Shown here piece after piece: positions 21,367 through 30,448 of a stretch of DNA of 64,000 bases. The stretch lies in contig DASCPX010000127.1 of assembly GCA_036012755.1 (NCBI GenBank), positions 64,001-128,000 of the forward strand, given 5' to 3'. Numbering within the stretch: the first letter of the stretch is position 1; every line of letters begins with the position of its first letter. Under the pieces are notes generated by a model. It searched no databases. It saw only the letters and a program-made list of their open reading frames with translations, and had not been told where the DNA came from. Source of the DNA: Myxococcota bacterium. GTDB lineage: Bacteria; Myxococcota_A; UBA796; CAJQPC01. The translations under genes were made by a program, and so were the position numbers.

Positions 21367-22620
21367 GGCCAGGCCCAGGGCCGGGGCGACAGGCACGCCA
21401 CAGCCGTTTCGAGGCTCGGCGGGCTGATCCCAGTCGGTACCACCAGGGTCGTCGGTGCCCGGATCAGTGCCTGGGTCCGTGCCTCCGTCCTCGCAGGTGC
21501 CGGGGTCGGTGGCCCAGCCCAGCCCACAGTTCGGGAAGCGATCCTCTAGCTGGCGGTCGTACTCGATGTACCGGATCTGCGTGGTGCTGTAGAGCCCGCT
21601 GGCGTAGAACACGAGGTCCTGGTCGACCGCCTCGGGCCCGTAGCGCATGTGGATGCGGGAGAAGTACGCGTCCCACGCTTCACCCTCCCAGCCGAGCGCC
21701 TGGACGTCCTCGTCGGCGAGGGGGTCGTCGGCGCAGGGGTCACAGCCGCTCGCTGTCCAGCCGTACTCCAGCGCCCAGCCCGGACGCTCGGCGGTGGCCA
21801 GCGCGTTCTTGAAGCGGTCGTCGACGAAGGCGCCGAGGCTGTCCCACTCGCCGAGATCGACCATGCAGCCGGTCTCCACCTCGACCTCCGGGTAGTTCGA
21901 GATGTGGGTCTGGCCGGAGTCCGACAGCATGTAGAGGATCAGGTCCTGCTCGCCGCCGGAGTTGAGCGTGCCGAGACGAATCGGGAGGCTGAAGACGTCG
22001 CTGTCGTAGCCGAACTGGAGCGGAGAGAGGTAGCTGGCTCCCTCGGGCACGTTCGCCAGGTTCACCTTGGCCGCGAAGAACTTCGAGCCCGAGGCGAGGT
22101 ACTCGCCCAGCAGGTCCTCCGCTTCGGTGCCGACCCCGTAGCCGTTGTCGTTGAGCCAGGTGATGAGCGCCGCGCTCTCCTCTGCGGAGAGGATGACGAT
22201 GTCGTACTCGCCGACCGAGAACTCGGCCTCGACCGTGACGCTGTCGTCAGCGTTGCCGCCACCTCCACCCTCGGAGGTCAATCCGCTGTCCATGGCCTCG
22301 GCGTCGTACTCCCACTGGAAGTCCTCGCACTCGTAGCGCACCAGCCGCGGAGCCGAGTAGGCGTCCACCCTGGTGACGACATCGGGCTCGACCACCGCGA
22401 CGTCTTCTGCGCCAAGGACCTCCGGAACAGGCACCACGATGGCGAACTCCGAGGCGTCTCCCTCGAAGTCGTTGACCAGGGTCAGCGTCGTACGCGTACC
22501 CTGCCGGGCCACGGCGATCTGGCTCGCGTTGTTGTAGAGATCCGCGCCGACCTGGCCCACATAGGTGCCACAGAAGGCCTGCGCGTCGTTCGCTCCGAGG
22601 AGCGAAAGGGTGAGCAGCAT
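21331..22620 (-). CDS. DUF2330 domain protein with MYXO-CTERM-like tail
   Basis: AFCGTYV...LYNNASQ, FAIVVPVP, YSAPRL, LPIRLG, CDPC; C-terminal GCG-hydrophobic-RRR. Confidence 0.85.
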   Translation of the reverse strand: MLLTLSLLGANDAQAFCGTYVGQVGADLYNNASQIAVARQGTRTTLTLVNDFEGDASEFAIVVPVPEVLGAEDVAVVEPDVVTRVDAYSAPRLVRYECEDFQWEYDAEAMDSGLTSEGGGGGNADDSVTVEAEFSVGEYDIVILSAEESAALITWLNDNGYGVGTEAEDLLGEYLASGSKFFAAKVNLANVPEGASYLSPLQFGYDSDVFSLPIRLGTLNSGGEQDLILYMLSDSGQTHISNYPEVEVETGCMVDLGEWDSLGAFVDDRFKNALATAERPGWALEYGWTASGCDPCADDPLADEDVQALGWEGEAWDAYFSRIHMRYGPEAVDQDLVFYASGLYSTTQIRYIEYDRQLEDRFPNCGLGWATDPGTCEDGGTDPGTDPGTDDPGGTDWDQPAEPRNGCGVPVAPALGLALLGFLALRRRD

Positions 22621-22693
22621 GATGGACTCCTCACGCCCTGCGAACGCGAGGGTAGCGGCAACGCGCACGCCGAGCAAGCGGTATGCTCATGGC

Positions 22694-24073
22694 GTGCTGA
22701 CGTCGGTCCTGTTGGCCTGTGGGAATGACGAGCCGCCAGCCCAGGCCAGGCCGGACATCCTCGTGGTCGTGATGGACACGGTACGAGCAGACCACCTCGG
22801 GGCATACGGCAGCGACAACGCGACCCCGATCTTCGACGCCTTCGCACAGAGCGCGGTCGTCTTCGAGGACGTCACGGGCTCCAGCTGGACCTGGCCGTCG
22901 CACGCATCCCTGTTCACGGGGGAGCCGCCGTGGGTCCACGGCGCCCACTTCACCGACGCAGAGGGGATCGACCTCGCGGAGGGCTGGCTCCACGTGAGCC
23001 CGATGCGAGCGGACCTCCCCACCCTCGCCGAGCGCCTGACCGCGGCGGGCTACCGCACCGTGGCGCTCTCCGGGAACAAGCTGCTCAGCCCGGAGTTCGG
23101 CCTCACGCGAGGCTTCGAGACGGTCGAGGTCTTCTACAACCGCGATGACAAGGTGCTCCAGCGCGCCAACGCAGTCCTCGGCGAGGAGGACCCCCGACCC
23201 CTGTTGTTGTTCGTGAACCTCTACGCCGCGCACGCACCCTGGGAGGCCCGCCAGGACACCCAGTACCTGCGCGAGGAGTTGGCCGGAGCCGAGTGGGCCC
23301 ACCCCTGGGTCGTCCAAGACATGGCGATCGCTCCTCACATGGGCCGCGGAGGCAGCGGTGGCGACCTCGCGGAGATGTGGCTGAACGGCGAGCTGGAGAT
23401 CCCTCCGGAGGGCTGGGACCTCGTCAACCAGCTCTACGACGGCGAGGTCCGGCACGTCGACCGCGAGCTCGGCGCCCTCCTGGGCAGCTGGGCGGGCACG
23501 GGCCACACGGGCGTCGTCGCCGTGACGAGCGACCACGGCGAGTACCTCTCCGAGCGAGACATGATCCTCCACTGCCGGACGCTCTACCCGGAGGTCACGC
23601 GAGTCCCCCTGGCGCTCCGAGCTCAGCCGGAGCTGCCCGCGGCGCTGCGGGTCTCCATGCCCGTGAACCTGCGCGAGCTGCACGACGCCCTGTTGTTGCT
23701 CGCCGGAGTGGAAGACCGGAGCCGGCTCATCGCGAGCGTCCACGGTGAGGCCCGACCCGAGCCGATCACAGCGCGCGCCTGGAGGGACCGCACCTGGGCC
23801 GAGCACATCGGCGGCGTCTACGCGCAGGGCTACAGGCTCTTCCGGGACCAGGACGACGTCCTGATCCTGGCCGATGACGGCACCGCCGAGCTCTACGACC
23901 TGGGCTCCGATCCGGGCATGGGCGCCGACCTCGCGGCGGAGCTTCCCCATCGCGTGACGCGCCTGGCGACAGAAGCAACGGGCGCTTTCCCGGAGAGCGA
24001 GACGGGCCTGCTCCAGGTCGACGAAGCGACCAGGAAGCAGCTGCAACAGATGGGCTACCTCTCGGAGGAGTAG
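22694..24073 (+). CDS. sulfatase-like hydrolase lipoprotein
   Basis: MLTSVLLAC, DTVRADHL, SWTWPSHASLFTG, YDGEV..VD, TSDHGE, ELYDL..DP, LQQMGYL. Confidence 0.85.
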   Translation: MLTSVLLACGNDEPPAQARPDILVVVMDTVRADHLGAYGSDNATPIFDAFAQSAVVFEDVTGSSWTWPSHASLFTGEPPWVHGAHFTDAEGIDLAEGWLHVSPMRADLPTLAERLTAAGYRTVALSGNKLLSPEFGLTRGFETVEVFYNRDDKVLQRANAVLGEEDPRPLLLFVNLYAAHAPWEARQDTQYLREELAGAEWAHPWVVQDMAIAPHMGRGGSGGDLAEMWLNGELEIPPEGWDLVNQLYDGEVRHVDRELGALLGSWAGTGHTGVVAVTSDHGEYLSERDMILHCRTLYPEVTRVPLALRAQPELPAALRVSMPVNLRELHDALLLLAGVEDRSRLIASVHGEARPEPITARAWRDRTWAEHIGGVYAQGYRLFRDQDDVLILADDGTAELYDLGSDPGMGADLAAELPHRVTRLATEATGAFPESETGLLQVDEATRKQLQQMGYLSEE

Positions 24074-24074
24074 G

Positions 24075-24607
24075 TCAGCCGACCCAGCCGTCGAAGGTTG
24101 CCTGGGCGGTGAGCAGCTCGCGGTCGATCGCCTCCGTGTCGCAGTCCTCGAAGGCGGGGAGCAGCAGCTGGCGGAGCTCGGCGTTGCCCCCGGCGAGTTG
24201 GCGACTCATGCCCGCGATGAGGACGCGCCGGAAGATGTCGCCGGCGTCACCGACATCTCGCATCAGGGAGTCGAAGCGGTCCCGGGACAGCACGAGCACC
24301 CGGGCCTCGCCCTCGGCCACGCAGGAAGCGCTCCTGAGCCCGCCGCCAGCGAGCGTCATGTGACCGAGCATCGCGGGCGCACGGATCCGCGCCAGGTGGC
24401 GCTCGGCGCCCGAGAGATCGGACTTCTTCACCGCGATGCAGCCCTCACCAGGACCCACATCTCGCCGCCTTCATCGCCCTCTGAGCAGAGGGCCTCGCCA
24501 GGGGCGAAGCCGCGTCCGGGCAGCGCGTCGAGGATCTCGGCGAGGTGACTTGCACCCCCGGAGTCCACGCCTCGCTGGTCAAGCAGGGCCCGAGCCGTCT
24601 CGATCAT
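24075..24607 (-). pseudogene. cNMP-binding domain protein, frameshifted near 24445
   Basis: GEALCSEGDEGGEMWVLV in one frame continues as (E)GCIAVKK...LGHM...RSASCVA in another; adding one G restores the frame. Confidence 0.75.
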
Positions 24608-25100
24608 CGAATGGACTCCAGGATTGCGGCCTTCAGATCCTCCGGATCCTCGGCGTGCTCCTCCCACATGGACCGGAGGTTCGCGTTGGTGCGACGGATG
24701 CGCTCCGCCAGCACGCGCACGGTGTGGGCCTGCATCGCGGCGAGCACCCGAGTGCCGCGAGCGTTGGTGAGGAGCTGCTGCGTGATGACCAGGACCTTCG
24801 TGGGCTCGACCGCGAGGACCTTGACCGTGTGGAGCGCGCCAGTGTCGAAGAAGGCTGCCTCTCCCGCGACCTCACCGACACCGTCCGCCCCACCTCGCGA
24901 GTCTCGGTGGCACCGACGACGTGGACCGACAGGCTGCCGCGCACCACGAGGAGTCCCGAGAAGGCCCAGCTACCAGGCTCGAAGACGATCGCCCCGGCGC
25001 TGTACTCGCGCCCGTAGCCGTGCTCGATGAGGCGTTCGAGGTCTTCGACGGGCACGCCCTGCATGGGCTCGAGGGTCTGGAGTTCGGCGACGGTGACCAC
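24604..25100 (-). pseudogene. cNMP-binding domain protein, frameshifted near 24883
   Basis: YSAGAIVFEPG...VVRGSLSV...EVGR shifts to GVGEVAGEAAFF...VLAERIRRTN; the restored stop overlaps the next ATG (ATGA). Confidence 0.75.
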
Positions 25101-25109
25101 GGCCCGATC

Positions 25110-27074
25110 CTACATGTCGTCTTCGGCGAGGACGACCAGGCCGTCTCCGCGGTTCAACGTGACCGGCGTGTCCTTGAACGGAATGAGCTTCACTCCGAAG
25201 TTCTCGCTGGCTTCCGACTCCAACTCGGCGAGCTTGTACCCGAGGCAGATCTCCGTGTCGCGCTTGCGGACAAGCGCCATCAGATCCCCGAAGTTCACCG
25301 TGACCGGGAACTCGTCGAAGTAGAGCCAGGCAGGCTTCACGTAGATCTCCGAGCCGTCTTCCTGGAACAGATCGTCGTAGACGTCCTGGATGTCCGGCTC
25401 CTCGGAGATCTGGGCGAACATCATCGAGACCATGCGGTTGCTGATGATGAAGTCGTTGACCCCAGCGCGGCTGATGAGCTCCTGGTTCGCCGAGTCCAGG
25501 ACCTCGGTGATGAGGTTCGTGGTGACGTCGCGGCCCGCGCTCCTGGCCGCGCGCTGGAGCTTGCGGAGGTGGAGCAGCACGATGATGGTCTCGGAGTCGA
25601 CCCGCTCGGCGTCGATGTCGTCCATCGACTGCTTGAGGATGATGACGGTGTCGTAGGCGAAGGGGTCGACGCTGGCGAGATCCTCGCTGGCCATCGGGTC
25701 CAGTCGCAGCAACTTCGTGCCGACGTTGTCCAACTCGCCGTTGAGATCGTCCAGCGCCTTGGTGACGTGCTCTGGAGGGTCCTTCAGCATGACGTGGACC
25801 TCTGAGCCCTCCAGCACGTAGTCGCTGTACTCGGAGATCAGGATGGAGACCTTGGGCGACCAGCCGAGGATCAGCATGCGCTCCTTGCCCGGCTCGATGC
25901 GCACGTCCTTTCCGACGAGGTCCTTCGGCGAGTAGACCGGGTCCTTCTGGAAGTCGATCGTGGAGTCGTCGTCCGCCACGATCAGGATCTCGTCGCTGTC
26001 GTTCATCTGGTAGTCGGGATCGGTCCGCATCTCGATGGTGCCGTCAGAGGTCCGGATGCCGAGCGGGACGCCGTCAGGGAAGTGGAACTGGAGCGCGCCG
26101 AAGGTGATCCCGCCCCACGCCGCGTTGTGGAAGTACATCTCGCAACCCTCGAAGGAGAGAAGCTCGGCGTAGACGACGGACAGGCCGCTGGTCCGCGAGG
26201 TCTGGACCATGATCTTGGCGAGGATCTCCTGTGCGTCGATGACGCTGATGCGATCCGGGGCGAGGTCCTGGACGACCCGGCGGTTCCGCGGGTCGAAGAC
26301 CTCTGCGACGATGACGATCTCGCTGTCCTCGCCCACGTGGGCGATGAGGGCCAGGACCGTCTTGATGACCTTCGCGTCGCTGGAGAGCTTCTCCTCGGCG
26401 GTCGCGGCCTCACCGCAGGTCGCCAGCACGATGGCGCTCTTGGCGCGCTCGGCGTTGACCTTGCCGAGGTTCAAAAGCGACGCTGTGGGGCCGGAGCGGG
26501 TCACCAGGCGCAGGTTCCGCCGGTCGGTCCAGACGTTCCGGAGGTACTCGTCCATCTCCTCCTTCTCCTCCTCCGAGAGCACGACGGCGACCGGGTCGTC
26601 GTCGCTCTCCTGGGCCTCGACCAGCTCGCGGAGGATCTCGGGGACGCGCGGGCCCCAGCCGACGATGAGCGTGTGGTCGCTCTCGAGGACCCGGGAGTGT
26701 CCCTTCTTCAGCTGGTCGATGGCCTGGTCGAGCGCGGTCGTGAGGAAGGCGATGAGCGCGGAGAAGATGACCACACCGGTCATGCCGGAGATGATCGCGG
26801 TGACCTTGTAGGCGCCGAAGGTGGTGTTGTCCTGGGCCATGTTGCCGGGGTCGGTCAGCTGGAGCCAGGTGAACCACACGCCCTGGGCCAGCTCGTGGGC
26901 CGTGTCGTTGAAGGCGCCGTCGAGGCCCCAGAGGGCAAGGCGCAGCACGACGATGACCAGGAACGAGACGATGAAGGCGACCGTCAGGGCGATGAAGAGC
27001 GCGCGGCTCCCCTTCGCCAGGAAGGTGTCGACCTGGTAGCGGAGCTTCTCGCCCAAGGTGGCTTCGATGGACAT
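25110..27074 (-). CDS. CASTOR/POLLUX(DMI1)-like ion channel with tandem RCK domains
   Basis: LRYQVDTFLAKG, pore WLQLTDPGNMAQD, KKGHSRVLESDHTLIVGW, ELLSFEGCEMYF, DLFQEDGSEIYVKP. Confidence 0.85.
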   Translation of the reverse strand: MSIEATLGEKLRYQVDTFLAKGSRALFIALTVAFIVSFLVIVVLRLALWGLDGAFNDTAHELAQGVWFTWLQLTDPGNMAQDNTTFGAYKVTAIISGMTGVVIFSALIAFLTTALDQAIDQLKKGHSRVLESDHTLIVGWGPRVPEILRELVEAQESDDDPVAVVLSEEEKEEMDEYLRNVWTDRRNLRLVTRSGPTASLLNLGKVNAERAKSAIVLATCGEAATAEEKLSSDAKVIKTVLALIAHVGEDSEIVIVAEVFDPRNRRVVQDLAPDRISVIDAQEILAKIMVQTSRTSGLSVVYAELLSFEGCEMYFHNAAWGGITFGALQFHFPDGVPLGIRTSDGTIEMRTDPDYQMNDSDEILIVADDDSTIDFQKDPVYSPKDLVGKDVRIEPGKERMLILGWSPKVSILISEYSDYVLEGSEVHVMLKDPPEHVTKALDDLNGELDNVGTKLLRLDPMASEDLASVDPFAYDTVIILKQSMDDIDAERVDSETIIVLLHLRKLQRAARSAGRDVTTNLITEVLDSANQELISRAGVNDFIISNRMVSMMFAQISEEPDIQDVYDDLFQEDGSEIYVKPAWLYFDEFPVTVNFGDLMALVRKRDTEICLGYKLAELESEASENFGVKLIPFKDTPVTLNRGDGLVVLAEDDM

Positions 27075-27136
27075 TGCTTCTCCTCCGGGCGAGGGCGTAT
27101 CACCGGAACGAGGCAGCGTACGTACCCAGCGCCCGC

Positions 27137-27775
27137 TCAGAGCTCAGCGCAGGACTCCGGCTCCCGAGCGCAGCGCTTCATCGAGCCCTGGCAGGACTTC
27201 AGGTTCCTGGGCGAAGGCTGGAGATCCCCCGGGGGATCCTCGCAGCTGCCCTCTCCGAGCCGGTGCAGGGCCACGCCAGCCCAGAACCCGAGCGTGTCCC
27301 CGGCGCTGCTGTCCAGAGCCAGCAGCCGGCCGATGTCCTCTGGCGGCGGGCCCTCGGCGAGCCACCGCTCGGCGGCGTGCCCAGAGCAGTCCGAGGCGTA
27401 GAAGCCCGCGCTGGAGCACAGCTCGATCTGCTGGAACAGGTCGTCTGACGGGCAGAGGTCCAACATGCCGAAGCGACAGGCAGGGCCGCTGCAGAGTGCC
27501 AGCAGATGCTCTATGCCCGCGTCGCAGTGGTCCTCTGCCGCGGCGACCACGCAGGCATCCCGCCAGCGCCCGGCCAGCTCGCAGGTCCGCTCGGCGGCGC
27601 CCATGTCCCCTGCGCTCTCCGCCTGGGAGAAGGCACAGTAGGCGAAGGTCTCCGCGTCGTAGGCGTAGTCCGCGCACTCCGGAAGGGCGGCGACGGCCGT
27701 GGGGTCCGCCGCGGTGACCTCCGGGGTCGACTCCGTGCCACCTGCACAGCCGAGCCCGAGCACCATCAGCGTCAT
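27137..27775 (-). CDS. Cys-rich hypothetical lipoprotein
   Basis: ATGA-coupled start MTLMVLGLGC; repeated Cys pairs. Confidence 0.65.
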   Translation of the reverse strand: MTLMVLGLGCAGGTESTPEVTAADPTAVAALPECADYAYDAETFAYCAFSQAESAGDMGAAERTCELAGRWRDACVVAAAEDHCDAGIEHLLALCSGPACRFGMLDLCPSDDLFQQIELCSSAGFYASDCSGHAAERWLAEGPPPEDIGRLLALDSSAGDTLGFWAGVALHRLGEGSCEDPPGDLQPSPRNLKSCQGSMKRCAREPESCAEL

Positions 27776-28086
27776 CTGTTCAGGTGCGCCGCGTCGATGC
27801 GCTGGATGCACATCCGCCGCGCGTGGCGGTCCAGGACCTCGCAGATCTCCATCCCTCGCTCCCTGGCGATGGCCTGTCCGTGCTCCCGCATCCACCCGTC
27901 GACGGCAGCTCCACGGACCACGGGGTCCTCGATTCCAGCGGTGAGCTCCAGCAACCTCGCTGAGTCCTCTGCGCCCAGGCGCGCGATCTCCCCGGCCCGG
28001 CAGGCGTCCCGCTCCAGCTCCTGCAGCTCCGAGCAGTCGGGCTGCTCCTCTGGGCCGCAAGCGAGTGTCAGGAGCAGTGAGAACAC
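27772..28086 (-). CDS. small Cys-rich hypothetical lipoprotein
   Basis: GTG 28086 gives MFSLLLTLAC; TATCGT -10-like hexamer 7 nt upstream. Confidence 0.6.
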   Translation of the reverse strand: MFSLLLTLACGPEEQPDCSELQELERDACRAGEIARLGAEDSARLLELTAGIEDPVVRGAAVDGWMREHGQAIARERGMEICEVLDRHARRMCIQRIDAAHLNR

Positions 28087-28176
28087 GCCGGAGACGATAC
28101 CGCGGTGGTCGGACACAGGCCTGGATGCGCCCTGGGGGGCTTGCGGTGCCGCCCCGACCGGTGTGGGACTGTGCCC

Positions 28177-28230
28177 ATGAGTCACCTCGTCAGCTGTTGT
28201 TGTTGTCCCACCTCGGCCGAGGTGCGTTGA
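28177..28230 (+). CDS. putative poly-Cys leader peptide MSHLVSCCCCPTSAEVR
   Basis: ATG...TGT TGT TGT TGT...TGA directly upstream of cysH; overlaps hairpin CACCTC-GGCC-GAGGTG. Confidence 0.65.
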   Translation: MSHLVSCCCCPTSAEVR

Positions 28231-28240
28231 CGACTGCTGA

Positions 28241-28930
28241 CTGACGCAGACGACACGCCAACCACAGCTCTGCCGCCCCGGAACCGAGGACGCCCTCGAG
28301 GTCCTCGACTGGGCCACGCGCCGCTTCGCCGGTCGCCTGGTGCTCAGCACGTCCCTGGGACCTCAGAGCATCGTCGTGCTCGACCTGCTCACCCGCCTCG
28401 GGCGCGAGGTCGACACGGTCATGCTCGACACGGGCCTGCTGTTCAACGAGACCTACGCGCTGCGGCAGGAAGTCCAGGAGCGCTTCGGCGGCGAGGTGAA
28501 GCGCGCGACCGGCTGGTCGTTGAGGGAGCAGGAGGCCTCGATGGGCCCGCGGCTGTGGGAGCGCGACCCCGATCGCTGCTGCGCCCTCCGCAAGGTCGCT
28601 CCGCTGCGAGAGCTGCTCGGCGGCTACGAGGCCTGGATCTCCGGCATCCGCCGCGACCAGTCACCCGCCCGCGCCAACGCAGAGGTCGTCGAGTGGGACG
28701 AGAGCTTCGGCCTCGTGAAGATCAACCCGCTGGTGGCCTGGACTCGCGACGAGGTCCAGGCCTACATCCGGCTCCAGGGCCTCCCGGTGAACCCCCTGCT
28801 GTCCCAGGGCTTCGGCAGCGTCGGCTGCTGGCCCTGCACCCACCCGAGCGCCGACGAGCGCGGCGGACGTTGGGTCGGCCGCGCCAAGACCGAGTGCGGC
28901 ATCCATCTCTGCCCGAAGGAGACCACGTGA
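28241..28930 (+). CDS. cysH: APS/PAPS reductase (4Fe-4S APS-reductase type); start uncertain
   Basis: ALEVLDWA, STSLG, LDTGLLFNETY, DPDRCCALRKV, GIRRDQS..R, GCWPCT, ECGIH; frame open back to CTG 28241. Confidence 0.88.
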   Translation: MTQTTRQPQLCRPGTEDALEVLDWATRRFAGRLVLSTSLGPQSIVVLDLLTRLGREVDTVMLDTGLLFNETYALRQEVQERFGGEVKRATGWSLREQEASMGPRLWERDPDRCCALRKVAPLRELLGGYEAWISGIRRDQSPARANAEVVEWDESFGLVKINPLVAWTRDEVQAYIRLQGLPVNPLLSQGFGSVGCWPCTHPSADERGGRWVGRAKTECGIHLCPKETT

Positions 28931-29688
28931 ACCGCTCCCACATCGGAACCCAGCGCCGCATCGCCGGGACGGTCGAGGCCGTCCGCGCCGAGCTCGACAC
29001 CTTCGAGACCGAGATCGCAGCGATCTCGCCAGAGGGACCCCTCCTGGTAGCGATGAAGCTCGACCTGGCGCACGTGCTGGTGGTCGGCGGCGGCGCGGTC
29101 GCCACCCAGCGGGCCCGCTCACTCCTGTACGCCGGCGCCCAGGTGCGGGTGGTCGCTCCGCGGGTGTCGCCAGAGCTTCGCAGGCGCATCGCCTGGGGGG
29201 AGATCGCGTGGTCACAGAGGCGCTTCGAGGACAACGATCTCGACCACATGCAGCTGGTGATGGTGGCCATCGACGACAGGGACGAGAGCCGTCGCGTAGC
29301 CTCGGCGGCCCGGTCGAGGTGCATCGCGGTGAACGTGGCGGATGTGCCCACGTTGTGCGACTTCTACATGCCGGCGAGCCACCGGGAGGGCCCGGTGCAG
29401 GTCGCCGTCTCGACCGGCGGAGTAGGCCCGGCGATCGCCGCGCGGGTCCGCGACCTGGTCGCGGCGGCCTTGCCCCCGGAGCTGGCGGAGGCCACACGGC
29501 GATTCGGCCAACTACGCAAGATCGTTCGCGAGCTCGAGCCATCACGAACCCGTCGCATGGAGCTCCTGGCGAGGATCGGGCGCAAGACGCCCTGGAGCGA
29601 GCTGGCCTGCCTGGAGAGCCGGAGCTCACTCGGAGCGGACGAGGCGCCTGCGGCGGCAGACCAGGAGCACCGCGAGGCCAGCGGCTGA
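28927..29688 (+). CDS. precorrin-2 dehydrogenase/sirohydrochlorin ferrochelatase (SirC/Met8p/CysG N-half)
   Basis: AAGGAG SD, GTGA coupling to cysH; VLVVGGGAVA, VNVADVPTLCDFYMPA, VAVSTGG.GP. Confidence 0.85.
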   Translation: MNRSHIGTQRRIAGTVEAVRAELDTFETEIAAISPEGPLLVAMKLDLAHVLVVGGGAVATQRARSLLYAGAQVRVVAPRVSPELRRRIAWGEIAWSQRRFEDNDLDHMQLVMVAIDDRDESRRVASAARSRCIAVNVADVPTLCDFYMPASHREGPVQVAVSTGGVGPAIAARVRDLVAAALPPELAEATRRFGQLRKIVRELEPSRTRRMELLARIGRKTPWSELACLESRSSLGADEAPAAADQEHREASG

Positions 29689-30426
29689 CAGCGCGCCACC
29701 CGCGGCGGAGTGACAGCCGCAAGCCACGTCGAAGCGCGGCGCGTCGTCGTCAGCATCGCCGAGGAGCTCCGGGAGCACCAGGCAGTCGCCGCCGTAGGTG
29801 GCCTGGACCTCGTGAAAGGGATCGAGGACACGCACGACCGGACAGCTCTGCTCCTTCATCCAGTGCACGTACCAGGTCAGGACGACCTCGCCGCCGAACT
29901 CCGGCATCCCGACCCAGGTCTCGATCTGCTCCCTCTCCACACCCTCGATCAGCCAGCCGTTTCCTGGCGCCTCGGGAGACTCGAGTGTGACCGTGACGAT
30001 GTGCCAGGCCGGCTCACCCTCCTCGGCGCAGAGGTCCGGGTTGAAGTTGGTCGGGCTGATGTCGGTGTTCGTCCAGACGAGGTCACTTGCGAGCTCGCCG
30101 ACCTCTGCGAACTGGAAGACGGTGAAGAGCTCTGTGCCGACGATGTCCGCGCCGTCGTAGACGACGAGGTCGTAGTCGTCGTCGTAGATCTCCTCGGGGA
30201 TCTGGAAGCCGAGCCAGCCCACGGGGTGATCTGTCGCCGGGAGCCGCTCGCTCATCTGGTAGATCCGCTCCGGGTCCTCGACCAGGACCAGCTCGGCGTC
30301 AGGGCTGGACAGGCCCGTCCGGATGCGCACCCAGGAGGTCTTGCGCAGCTCGCCACCAAGGGGGATGAGGTCCTCGACGATGGGGGCCTCGCAGGCGGCC
30401 TGGGCGAGGGAGATCAGGGTCCACAC
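29626..30426 (-). CDS. secreted hypothetical protein with MYXO-CTERM-like tail
   Basis: MWTLISLAQAAC; C-terminal CGC-hydrophobic-RRRR. Confidence 0.7.
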   Translation of the reverse strand: MWTLISLAQAACEAPIVEDLIPLGGELRKTSWVRIRTGLSSPDAELVLVEDPERIYQMSERLPATDHPVGWLGFQIPEEIYDDDYDLVVYDGADIVGTELFTVFQFAEVGELASDLVWTNTDISPTNFNPDLCAEEGEPAWHIVTVTLESPEAPGNGWLIEGVEREQIETWVGMPEFGGEVVLTWYVHWMKEQSCPVVRVLDPFHEVQATYGGDCLVLPELLGDADDDAPRFDVACGCHSAAGGALSAAGLAVLLVCRRRRLVRSE

Positions 30427-30448
30427 ACCAGCAGGATAGAGCCCCGGA

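Noticed and set aside
22880..22925. Sulfatase lacking the C/SxPxR motif (TWPSH)
   Set aside because: Common variant among sulfatase-like hydrolases; not evidence of decay
24440..24890. Programmed frameshifting in the cNMP genes
   Set aside because: No slippery heptamer or stimulatory structure at either shift
28238..28240. In-frame TGA upstream of cysH as selenocysteine
   Set aside because: Not at a catalytic position and no SECIS-like hairpin recognised
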